A DNA stretch of 64,000 nucleotides from Paramecium tetraurelia (Eukaryota). The notes beneath the pieces are model-generated. The model was not told the DNA's origin and ran no database searches. It saw nothing but the letters and a program-made list of their open reading frames with translations. This document shows positions 12,926-24,417 of the stretch, in pieces. The DNA lies in NCBI GenBank assembly GCA_000165425.1, contig CT868008.1, positions 434,001 through 498,000 on the forward strand, given 5' to 3'. The position numbers and the translations under genes are program-made. Position 1 is the first letter of the stretch, and the number at the start of each line of letters is the position of its first letter.

Positions 12926-14143
12926 ATGAACTCAAGCTCATTATCAACTACAGCATCTTTTACAAAGATGAAATAATTGCTAACATAAACATAATTTGTT
13001 GATGAAAAAAAAGAATTACTAAAAATGAAAAGCGAATGGAGGGGCTTATAAAATAATGAGATGTTTTAAGATTTTGTTTTTCTTCGAGAAGCTTCCCAAA
13101 CGAGATTGGCAACGGAGAAGATAGAGAAAGAAAGAAGAAATAGAAAAGATAGTATTTTGCTACCTTTTTTAAAGTAATAACAATAAAAAAAAATGGAACA
13201 AGCGAGAAAATTCACTCTTATTGGATCTCTTTCATAATTAAACGATTTCACCCCGTCTGTTACATTTATTAACAAAAACCATTTTGAAGAAATCTATTCT
13301 ATCCTTTCGGCTTTGATAAAATCAGTCTTAATTGAACAATTAGAAACCTTATTGCCTGATTTAGAAAAACTTGTTAATGCCTGTAAATAATGCGGGATTG
13401 TGAGCTTTTATTTCATGGCAATCTATTTTTAAACTTAAATACAATTTGTGTATTGTAGAAGAAAAGAGGGTTACAATATATGGAAAAAGTTCTTGAGGAC
13501 TTGTAATTTACAAGGGAAGAAGCTTTAAAAATATAAGCTATTGGCTTATAGGTAATTAGCAAGGTGTGCCTTAGATTTAGGAGATTTGGATAAAGAAGCT
13601 ATTTATCTTAAGAAATTGTTAAAATTATCATGGGTTGTTAAAGATAGAAATTATGAATTGTTATGCTATGACATGATTGCTATCAATTTTTATTATAGAG
13701 GAGATGTTAACAGAGCTCAATTCTTCCATTCGAAATTTGTGTAAGGAGAATTTGAGGCTGCTGAATCCAATATTAGAATAGCTGGAGTTTCATCCTATTT
13801 AAACACATAAAAATTGAAGGCATAATTGAATGATTAGGATTCATTTAGTATTGATGATATGGATTTAGATGTAATCATTTAAAAAGACAATATTCTCAAA
13901 TGGCAAAAAGGATTACCAGTATTTGATAGCAGACACATCTCGTAACATCGAGTACTAATAAATTAATGGAGCTGCAATCGAGATTTAACTGTACACCTCA
14001 TTAATCGAGAAAAACAAAAACATAAATCAGAGGAAGAAGATATAGGATTTGTTCCACTTAATCAAAATATCAAAAGACTGCTTAAATTATTTTAATTCGA
14101 TGTCAAGTATTTTCTATAAAATGGACATCTTTATGATTTCTGA
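12926..14143 (+). CDS. TPR-like helical-repeat hypothetical protein
   Basis: Single open code-6 frame; YKLLAYRQLARC...AIYLKKLLKLSW...ELLCYDMIAINFYYRGDVNRAQFFH. Confidence 0.78.
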
Positions 14144-14546
14144 TGAAAATTTATTGACAATTTAATGCTTAATATCTATTTTACTTCTAAATTTTTCTAT
14201 AAAATTATGTTTATCTAATTATTTTATTAATATAATATTAATTTTTTTATTTATAGGATATAGCCGATCTTTTTAAGAATCCACAATTAGATTATTCTAT
14301 ATATATTTACATCTTTGTTTTATGAATCATTCTTCATTTAATATATTCTACATCATAAGTTAAGCTAAGCACTTTGATAAAGAGATGAGTTTTAGTATGT
14401 CCAATACCCCAGGGATAACATTGATTAGATGAATTAATAAAAATAATGAATAAAAGCAATATAAAATTTGTATTCTAATGAGAAATTATAAATAAACAAT
14501 AATCTTGTAGCATCATATTTAAAAATAATTTTTAAATAATAATAAA

Positions 14547-14938
14547 ATGAAGTACGTTGCTGCATATGCCTTGCTTGTTTTAGGAGGAACCAACCAACCC
14601 AGTATTATTGCATCTCTACCCAATAGCTGTGGATTAAGTTACTTAATTGCTCAAAGAAGCTGGAGTCGAGCCAGTTGCTGCAGATGTCAAATTAGTTGTC
14701 GATGCATTAAAAGGAAAGACCTTGGCTGATGTTATTAAGGAAGGTTCAAAATCACTAACAAGTTTGTCAGTTGGAGGAGGAGCTTGTAATTCTAATTTCT
14801 AAGTCTTTAGCATAAAGCTCAGCCCCAGTTGCCTAAGCAGCTCAAACACAAAAGGCTGAAGCACCAAAGGCTGCTGAAGCACCAAAGAAAGCTGAAGAAC
14901 CCGAAGAAGATGTTGATATGGGAGGTCTCTTTGATTGA
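14547..14938 (+). CDS. RPLP2: 60S acidic ribosomal protein P2
   Basis: MKYVAAYALLVLGG...; C-terminal EEDVDMGGLFD-TGA; two short introns. Confidence 0.96.
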
Positions 14939-15883
14939 GCATTTATTAAGTTTCATATAGTACAATAATAAATCAATAATAATAATAAATTAATTATATA
15001 CAAGTGAATGCATTAATATCCTTGAGATTTTTATTTCCTAATTTCTTTCATCTTAATTAAATATTCCTGAATGATTTCACTAGTAATTATGTTCTCTTTT
15101 AAATATATATATTCTTATTAACTATTATTAATTAATTCATCACTTAAAATTAAAATACTTTTTTCTCAGGCATTATTTTCTTTTATATTTTTTTGCAAGA
15201 ATTGCATTGAACATCTAATTCTATTCTTCTTTTTTTTAAAAATATATTATTTTCTCATGAATTAAGAACTTCATAAAGAGATTAAGAATTTCCTTGAAAG
15301 TTTATTGAAGGAATGTTAATTTAATATCATTCAAAAAATAAGGAAGAATAAAATTGACCAAATTTCTTGTTTTTAATAAATGTGATGATTTTATACAGAA
15401 CTCTTATTTTGTCTACAATTATTCTAGTTTAATTATCATTTGCTTTAGGAGCAATAAACAATTCCGAATATTAAGTAAACACATAAATTACACTTTATGA
15501 AGTAGATCTAGACTAGATTCTTTATGATTATGTTTAGCTTTTAGTATATTTTTGATAATTTAATAAACATTTAACTTTTTCCTTAATCATTGGCTTATGT
15601 AGTTAGTTATAATTTGACAGGATGATTGTATTTTTAGACCTAATCAAATTCTTCATCAAACTAAATTACAATTTATTTTAAGCCTTTTTCATCAAATAAG
15701 ATGGAAAAATAATAAAATTGATTTTTTTCATTATTCTGAAATGATAATGAAGCTTAATCGAAAATTAGACATCTTCTGAGGAAGATAAAGTTGTATTCAT
15801 AGTTTTCATCTATTTTAGTCTTAAGCAGATAGATTGATGATACATATTTAGTAATAATAGTATTGTATTTATTATCAATTAAT

Positions 15884-16016
15884 TACACTTGAGGAGGCAC
15901 AGAATAGCTATTTTTTGGCTTTTGTTAAGGTGTAGATAAATAGCTTGGAAATGAATGGGATAATATTGGAATGAGTGTGATTATATTAATTTTATTCATT
16001 AAAGATTTTGATATTA
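15884..16016 (+). ncRNA. Candidate box H/ACA-like snoRNA
   Basis: Hairpin 15884-15934, AGATAA (ANANNA) at 15934-15939, second hairpin 15950-16000 (AATGAATGGGA/TTTTATTCATT plus TAATAT/ATATTA), and ATA triplet at 16011-16013. Folded by eye only. Confidence 0.4.
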
Positions 16017-16111
16017 ATTCTCGAAAACAGAGGGAAAATGCATATTTAAATAGAAGCTTTTTAATTAGGATATTATTTATATAAATCTTTTATCAAAAGA
16101 GCAGCGCATTA

Positions 16112-17592
16112 ATGGACGATATTCCTGATTTTAAAGAAGAACAATAGCCAACTGGCAAAGACATATAGTAAGAGCAAATATTGAGAATCCTAGAATTGAC
16201 AATTACAATGTCTCTTAATTTAAAAACTTTGGGCTTAAAGAGGAGCTCTTGAGAGCAGTTAAAGAAGCTGGATTTGAGCATCCAACAAGAGGTATCGTAT
16301 ATTGTAAATTATCAAAGTCCAAGCTGAGTCATTGACAAATGCTTTGTTAGGGGAATAATTGATCTGCTAAGCAAAGGCTGGAACTGGAAAGACTGCTGTG
16401 TTTGTGCTGACCGTGTTAAATACTATAAATACAGAAAGTAATAAAGTTGAATGCCTCGTAATTACACATACAAGAGAGTTGGCCCAATAGGTAATATTTA
16501 ATTGGAATTATGTTAGGCCCGAGATGAATTTTTGAGATTGGGAAAGTTTATGAAAAGCGTGAAAGTGGAATGCTTCTATGGTGGAGGTGAACCTGTATCT
16601 GTGAATATCTAAACTATCGAGACTGTGAAGCCATAAATAGTAGTTGGGTATAAATGCATCCTAATGCGTAGTACTCCAGGACGTCTTAAGGATCTGATTT
16701 GCGAGAGAAAAGCATTGAAAGTGGATAGATTGAAGTACTTTATCTTGGATGAAGCCGATACAATGATTGAAGATTTGAACATGAGGTGTTGATTTTTGGA
16801 AATAATTATTTTTAGAAAGGACATTTAGGACATCTTTTTAAAGTCACCATAGGAGAAATAATTTATGGCATTTAGTGCAACATTCACAGAATCAAGTAGA
16901 ACATCATTGAAAAGATTTATTGCTGACAATAAACATGTAATACTCTCTAATATTCCTTAGATTTATGAAATTACTATTAAACCAGAATAACTCTTTTTAG
17001 ACAAATTAAAGCAATATTATATGAAGATGCCAGAAGCACTCAAATTCCATTATTTGAGATAAATCTTAAACACCTGCAAACTAAACTAATGCATAATATT
17101 TGTTAAGAGTTCTGAGAAGGCTGATGCTTTGGTCACTGAACTAAAGAAGAAGGGGGAAGAGTCTGTTAGACAACTATATGGTGGTAATAGACTAGGTCCT
17201 GATCATTAAAAAATGAGATAAAAAACCTATGAATAATTCAGAAATGGTCATTTCCGATTGTTAGTGGCTACTAACTTGATGGGAAGAGGTATTGATATTG
17301 ATAAAGTCAATTATGTTATCAATTTTGATATGCCTGATTCTTTGGAGACCTATTTGCATAGAGTAATAATCACAATTAGCAAATTAGGTAGGAAGAGCAG
17401 GAAGATAAGAGACTAATGGTGTTGCTATCTCATTCGTTAAATCAGAAGAAGAAGCAAGTGATGGAAAAAAATAAACAGATGACGAAGTAAATTGCTCATT
17501 CTAAAAATTAGGTCTTATAATAAATCCTTAAACAATATCCTGATAAGTTATAATAATTGCCTTAAGATTTGTCTACATTAGATAAGTTCTGA
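16112..17592 (+). CDS. UAP56/Sub2 (DDX39)-like DEAD-box RNA helicase
   Basis: [56 protein letters not shown] and HRVGRAGR; about 8 introns; TGA 17590-17592. Confidence 0.9.
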
Positions 17593-17948
17593 AAATGATA
17601 GTATTAAATAAAATAAAAAATAGTAAATTCATCAGCTTATAAAAATCCCTCCATTATTGTATTATCAACTCTATTTTGAAATCAACTTCTGCACTCAATC
17701 CAATCTTATTTTCACTCTTTAGTCATGGCTCTAGGCTCTAATATTTCTGTGAATAAGGAGGATTTCAATTTTCGCATTTGATCTTATTTAACTTGGCAAT
17801 AAAAATGCATAATTTGTACTAAATACTATTGATTTCTTACTAGAATATTATCAGAGCGATTAAGTGCCAAATAAACCTATGTTTTTGATATTAATATTAT
17901 GTTTTCTTTTTAGTTATTTAGATAAGTTTTAATCGTTAAATAATTTAA

Positions 17949-18571
17949 ATGGACACACTTTTTTCTATGTTTGATTCATTCATAAGATCAAATTTGTCTT
18001 ATTATCCTATGAGTTAACAAGGATATATAGTGGAATGTTGGGAATAATTTTTGAGTTTGTTGTAAACTTAGCCATTAGATTATGGGAAAATATATTCACC
18101 TAATAAATCAAATGCATGAGATAGATAAGTATGAAAGATAGAGTTCTACTCAAAGATAAGCAGCCAGGAATCTCACAGCTGCATCCTCTCCCAGAATAAT
18201 TTCTTCATAATAAAAAAATTGTATGTAATAACAGTTAAATTTAGCTAATAATTTATTACAGAAATTTTCATAGTTAGACAATGCAACAAGTCCAAAAATC
18301 CAGCTCTCGAATCTCACTAGTTAACAATCTTTAGTAAATAAATAGAAAGTTAAACTATATGTATTAAAATGCAATAATTTAGACTGAAGATTTCAATCGA
18401 CATCTACTACTAAGTAAAATCAAAGAATTAATGTTTAATTAATCAGTCTCCACAGATAAACTATATGCAATGGCAAGAATATAGTAGCATAGTACATCTA
18501 AATCGCCTTTAAAATATGCCCCAACAAAAACTAGAGGAAATAATCATTCTGCTGAGCATTACAGAGCTTGA
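17949..18571 (+). CDS. Hypothetical protein (5' structure uncertain)
   Basis: Open from ~18085 through introns 18221-18244 and 18361-18382 to EHYRA-TGA; first exon and intron not resolved. Confidence 0.55.
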
Positions 18572-19250
18572 TTATTTTTAATTTATTTTCCTTTGTAATT
18601 TAATATTACTAGAATTAAAAAAATCACTTTTCCAAATTTTACTTCTGCTTAGTCTAAAGTTATTTAAATTAGGTTTAAATTGTTTGAGTAAATGTCATGA
18701 ATTAATGGATTGAAATTAATTTTGATGATTGAAATTTTAATAGATATTCAAGAATGTGAATAATTCTTAATTAGAAAAAATGAAATGATAGTCTTAATTA
18801 TATAATTTTTCATTATACTGAGTTGAATAAATGGATGCCCTTATATAGTAAAATTATTTAATAAGATTAAAATTATTTCTATTAAAATGAATCAAAAAAT
18901 GAGATTAATCTAAGGAAGCTATTTTATAGAAAATGTTTTATAAAATCTACTAGATGCTTAGATTTTGAATTTCAAATGAAATCCTATTTCAAAAAGAAAA
19001 ATTGACCTGAAGATAGACAATATATCGGTTCATTATTTTTATAATTGCTTTCAAATATACTTAAAATAATGTATTAGCTAAGAAATCATCCATATTTAAT
19101 AATATTCATTAGAATTTAGACTCTACTTGAATTGATTTTGGTGAGATAGGATTAAATAAGAAATATATTGCAGCATTTCAATAAAATGGAAGAGGATTTT
19201 AAAACTTGAAATTGATTTAGTTACTATTTTAATGTTATAATTTATCAATT

Positions 19251-20399
19251 TCATTCAAGGTCTTTATCACCAGCAGCAATTCTTAAAGCAATGTATTCTT
19301 TAAGATCTCTCATGTTAGTGTTCAAGATACCAATCAAATCACTGACAGTCTATCTATCTTTGTCTCTTGCAGCTCTTCTTTATTAGTAATCATAAGCAGC
19401 TTCTTAGCATTCTCCTCTTCTGTCATCTCTTTATTAGGTCTTGGCTTAGATTCTTTTAAAGAACATCGTTTTTAAACTGGCTGTGGTAGCATCGATTTCT
19501 GTCTTAGAGTGATTAGATTTCAGCAGTCAAAATTAGCAATTGATGAATTGTATTTGTTCATGTCTTTATTGAGTAAACCGATATATGCTTAGAATGCTCT
19601 GGTTCTGTCATCTTCAGCTTTTCTGGCTAAATCGAATGCTTGACTTAATTGATTTTAGAGATCATCGATCAATTTGATGACTCTTCCTGTTAAATCTTAG
19701 TTGGCGAAATTATTAGGTTCTGTTGGCAAGATTGGCTAACAATTTGATGGCTTTTCCAAAGGTTCTGACGTGTTTCATTGTGCTGGCTTTGTGAGCACCT
19801 TGACTCATGTGACTAGCAACTTAAGCCATGATTTATGGAGTAACGTGAACCTTTTCTTCACCCTTTTATAAGAAAGATGGAGCTTAGAGGTTATCTGTGA
19901 AGAGTCTTCTTGCTTCAGCCAAAACTGATGAAACAAAGGTGTACTCTTATCTTTAAGCCTCGAAGTCATCAGCTTATTCTTATCTCTTGGCTGTTGTTTC
20001 ATCAATAACCTTCTATAATTCAGCCTTTTAGAGTTCCTTAGCTTTCTTTTATCCGATCTTTTAGTCTCTGATTGGCACAAGGTCATCAAGAACAGCCTAT
20101 AATTCTGTATTTCTTTATTCAAGATTGGCAAGTTCTTGGTTCAAGCCAGCCAAATCTGCATCACAAACTTATTAGAAGGCTTGGTTATTAGCATCATCTT
20201 CTTTTTAGTCAGCGATGTATCTGTCTTCCAAGTCATAAAGAGTTTAGAAAATTCTTTCAAGAGGTTCTCCAGTTGTCATTTGAATTGCAATGGTGTTTAA
20301 AAGTGTTCTGCCCAAATCGCTTTATTCGATTCTGTCAAATAGAGCAGTGTTTGTGGCGAAAGCACAAGCAACTAAGACTAGAAGCAATGTTGTTTTCAT
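19251..20399 (-). CDS. Trichocyst matrix protein precursor (TMP family); apparent +1 indels in the 3' half
   Basis: MKTTLLLVLVACAFATNTALFDRIEQSDLGRTLLNTIAIQMTTGEPLERIFQTL; APSFLQK processing-region motif; coiled coils; ends RIAAGDKDLE-TGA once about 6 extra homopolymer bases are removed. Confidence 0.88.
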
Positions 20400-20493
20400 T
20401 TTTTTAATTTATGAATAGAAACTCGATTAAAAACGGCATATATAAACTAAATAAATATTATTGTATAATTCTTATGTATTATTGATTAATATT

Positions 20494-21666
20494 TCAGCAA
20501 AATGAATCTTCCCATGTATTTGATCCTGCTCCACTAAACATATCGATTTTCCAATAGGTAAACAATCCAAAAGAGTCAGCCCACCAAAGAGTCACATACA
20601 TTGGCAAGAATTATCTGCTGGCATAATTTCTTAACATTCCTGGGAAGTAATTATTGAGATTTCTGGCATACCTATATGCATAATAACGGTTCTAATTACC
20701 AAATATGAGTAGCTGCCTTTCTGTAGTTGCCATCATAAGGACATACTCCATTTTGTTTTGGCCATAAATCTACCATTTCTCTTGTAACTTAGGATAGGGA
20801 ATAACTTGTCAAGATAGCCAAGTATGTAGATAAGAAACAATTTACAACTTTAACTGGGAAATATGGAATTTCAGCAACTCTTGTCAAAACAGAAAGCTAG
20901 TATTCTTTATGCTTTAATTATTATCCTTATCCTTCATCCAATCGAAAGAGTAAAATAAAGTTAAAGTTTAGAAGAAGTTTCTTGCAAATAGAGGGAAGGA
21001 GTTTTTGAAGAAATAGTATGGTCCCTCTTCAAAAGGAATTCTCCATAAAGCATTGAAAAATGAGGTATATCCCTTTTACAATTCCTTGGGGAATGTCTTA
21101 TCAGCATAATAAGCCATTCTAGCAACTTCAAAGGGAATTCCAATTGGAGCAGTAAGAAGAGAAATGAACATAGTGCCTGGTACTTTTCTCAAGAATCCAT
21201 ATTCGAATGTACCCCAAGTTCCTTTGTTTAATATATTAATTAATTACTTTGCCATCCGTGATTGACTGCTCTGAATGCTGCCAATCTCAAAGCCCAATCG
21301 ATGCCACCTGAAGCAAAGGCAAATTACATTCTAGTGCCCATTGATCTTTTGAAATTCTCAAGATTGACTGTTGCTTTGCTAAAATTATACAATTCCTTCA
21401 CAGTATTTGGTTATTCATACTATCGTAACCTTTGATAGTCTAATAATGATACAATAGTTTCCAATTCTCATAGAAATTATGCCATGTTTCGCCAATAAGA
21501 CTACCTAGTAATCCTGATATTGCTCCTCTGGTGTAATTCCATCTCAATGAACTAATTTATGGAAAGTACAATTTACTTTTCTGGAGCATTCTGTCCATAC
21601 ACCAGCATTATAACAATCAAAATATAAGGAATGTCGTCTTCTGATGTCGTCCAACTCAAAAAACAT
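20494..21666 (-). CDS. Divergent mitochondrial carrier family protein (oxoglutarate/malate-carrier-like)
   Basis: PFEVARMAYYADKTFPKELQKGYTSFFNALWRIPFEEGPYYFFKNSFPLFARNFFQT; several introns; one apparent extra A at the exon-1 donor (~21577-21580). Confidence 0.8.
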
Positions 21667-21732
21667 GATAAATTAATTATTGAATTAGATATTTTGGTTT
21701 TGTATATATTTATATTTGCGATGTTATATTTT

Positions 21733-22141
21733 TCAAATGAACACTTTCTTGTGCATTGAATGAGCCACTTGATATTTCTAATAGCAATTATAAACTCTAT
21801 TCCATTCTAATTCTTCCTTGATTCTCCATCCTAGCCATGCAACAATGCCGCCTGGGACTGCTGCCCAAAAGAGTCTCTACTTAATTGGTAAACCTTTGAT
21901 GATTGGGAAGAAAAAGAATGAGAATGAATAGACTGCTCCTCCTACTTAACCTAATCTTTCGAATCTCGATGCATCTCTATTGTTGAGAAGAATATAAATA
22001 CGCCTCAGCATGGAAGACTTGTTCTGTCAATTTCAAAGGAACATGTCTATCATATTTCAAGAATTGTTTCACTTCCTCTTTCTCTTTAGCAGTGAAGGTT
22101 TTTTCAAAAAGTCCGAAGTGTTCAGGTTGATCGTATATCAT
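21733..22141 (-). CDS. Small two-TM membrane protein, possibly mitochondrial inner membrane
   Basis: MIYDQPEHFGLFEKTF...GGAVYSFSFFFFPIIKGLPIKQRLFWAAVPGGIVAWLGWRIKEELEWNRVY...KKVFI-TGA; one 25-nt intron. Confidence 0.78.
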
Positions 22142-22187
22142 GATAAAATAAATAATTAAATCTTCTATATGTATATTATTCTAATAA

Positions 22188-23407
22188 TCAGGGACCTAAG
22201 TTTATTTTGTATTTCAAGTATTCAAAAACAGCAGGCGAATACAACAACTTAATGGATTTTTGAATAATATCCAATTCATTATTTATTTGTTTCACCAACT
22301 CCTCATGGGTTTATTTGCTTATCAATAACGATTGTTCTTCCAACTTCACGCGTTCCCCATATAAATCTATATCAGCTTAATGGATCTTTATGATATTTTC
22401 ACAATCAGCAATGAAGGATTGAATGTCCTCTCTTTCCTCCAGTAAATCATTCCATTCTCTCTCAAAAACGTTAGTCTCCCCATCCTGAGCACTGTCCCAT
22501 TAAGAGAAGGCTCTGTCCTATTCCTTTTCATCATTTATTAATTTGTTTTGAGAATCAACCAGAGATTTTCTAAGCTTATTTAATAGATCCAAAACTGACT
22601 TTATAAAGTGTCTCTATTTGAAATTGGAATCGGTTAATTGCACCAAAGTCTCCATCACACTTTCATAGCCTTTCAATCCATCTACCTACAATTGATTCCA
22701 ATAATTACTCTTCCTTTAATACTTCTTAATCTTCTAGTCAAATCTTTTGATTCCTCTTTACTCAATTAAATTTTATCCATCTCAATAAAACTGCAATCGG
22801 GTCTGGGTAGTAAGGATCCTACCATCTTCAAGGTTTCATCTGTGATCTTAATCAAATCACCAATATCTCGCTTGGATTTCTCAAAATTCTCGTATTATTA
22901 TTTGCGTAGAGCCTCTTGCATTTTCAGTCTAGACTCGTTTTATTGCTTAGAATCCTTCAATCTTAATAATTCTTTTTCGATATCATTCTAAGAGGCAATA
23001 ATAAGTTAGCATTACCTTTCGTAGTTCAAGATCTTATCCAATTTTTTTCCTCTGCTTATTCTATTCGTTTTCAGCATCTGAAATTATTTATTTTAATTAT
23101 TGAACTTTTACAACGCTTTCTGCTTTAATAGCCTCGTAATCGAGGTTCTCTTATTCCACTCTTTCCTATATATTATTCTTAAAAATACAATCAACTAACG
23201 TCCAAAACTTTTAATTGTTGAAATAAGTTCATCCACAGGACCTTGTAATTTATAATTTAACTCAGCCATCTTTAAAATGGCTTAACCAATTTTATGTTAT
23301 TAAATGTCTTTAATTTATTCTTCAATTACAGAGTTACCACTGTTGCCATCATCATAGTGCAAACATATACATATTGTGAACAATGTTATCAATAATATTA
23401 ATTTCAT
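22188..23407 (-). CDS. Trichocyst matrix / granule-lattice-like secreted coiled-coil precursor
   Basis: Signal peptide MKLILLITLFTICIC; KIGQAILKMAELNYKLQGPVDELISTI matches the TMP/Grl N-terminal pattern; ends KINLGP-TGA. Confidence 0.78.
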
Positions 23408-23832
23408 TATTTAATAAATGAATAAAAAAACGAGTATATACATTCAGTTATTTTCATTCAGATTATCAATTTCATTAAATTCAATCTAGAATTACTCAAA
23501 ATATGTATAATAATTTTATCCATTATAATTAAGTATATATTTTACTTGATTTTTGGATTTGTCTAAGAAATAAGTAAAGAATCATTTGGTGTTCACTATG
23601 ATTTGAATTAGAAATCCCATTGTTGAATGCTAAACTTTAAAGGAAATATCTTGTAATTAGCTTAATGTTCAGATTAAAGGAAGTACTTCTATAGTAAGGA
23701 ATCTAAAACTAAATACTATCTTCATTGCTTGTGTTTCAATTTAGGTGATTCCATTTTTGGCACTTAACACAGCTGAATTTAATTGATGTTGATTTATTTT
23801 AGAAGTTAAATTAATATAATAATTTTATTAAA

Positions 23833-24375
23833 ATGCTATAAAGAATCGTGAGATACTGTTTCGCTCATGGATCACACAAACCAACAGGCCCAATCTTTGC
23901 TCCATCTGTTTAGGACAAGATGTAATCTCAAAGCTCTAATTTAGGATCTATATCAATGTTTATAATGATGGTGAATTTGAAAGAATTCCTGCCTATATTG
24001 GTGAAAGCCTTTTGACTGCACTTAGAAGGTTTCGCGTAACAAATATACCAGGTAAATTGCATATCAATATAAAAGGTGACTGTGAAGGTGGAGAAAAGTT
24101 GGATAGCATCTTGGAGGATCCAGTTTAGACAAACACTTTTGGTCCTTCATGTGGATCCTGCCATATTCTGATTTCATCACCTTGGATTGAAAAGATCAGA
24201 GTCCCATATTATTTGGAAGAATTGATAATCAATAGATAAGATTATGCTGTTGCCAAGCAGTAATTAATTATATAGATATTGTAGTTCCAGATTGGCATGC
24301 GCTATTAAATTAGAGAAATGGATGGATGAGATGGAAGTATCTCTTCCAATAAATGAAAATTCAGAAAATATGTGA
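23833..24375 (+). CDS. Mitochondrial 2Fe-2S ferredoxin-like protein (adrenodoxin fold; probable complex I ferredoxin-bridge subunit NDUFX/C1-FDX)
   Basis: Presequence MLQRIVRYCFA; GESLLTAL; GDCEGG-(insert)-GPSCGSCH; SRLAC; three introns. Confidence 0.82.
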
Positions 24376-24417
24376 TTTCTTTAAAAGATAAATAAATATA
24401 TATTATATAAAACATAA

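Noticed and set aside
14405..14420. TACCCCAGGGATAACA, resembling the conserved LSU rRNA peptidyl-transferase segment (possible snR38-like guide on the minus strand, or an rDNA/NUMT fragment)
   Set aside because: Only 16 nt, flanks do not continue the rRNA match, and there is no adjacent CTGA D box or C box on the minus strand.
15382..15470. GTGATGA...CCGA possible C/D snoRNA
   Set aside because: Non-canonical D box, weak terminal stem and no guide match.
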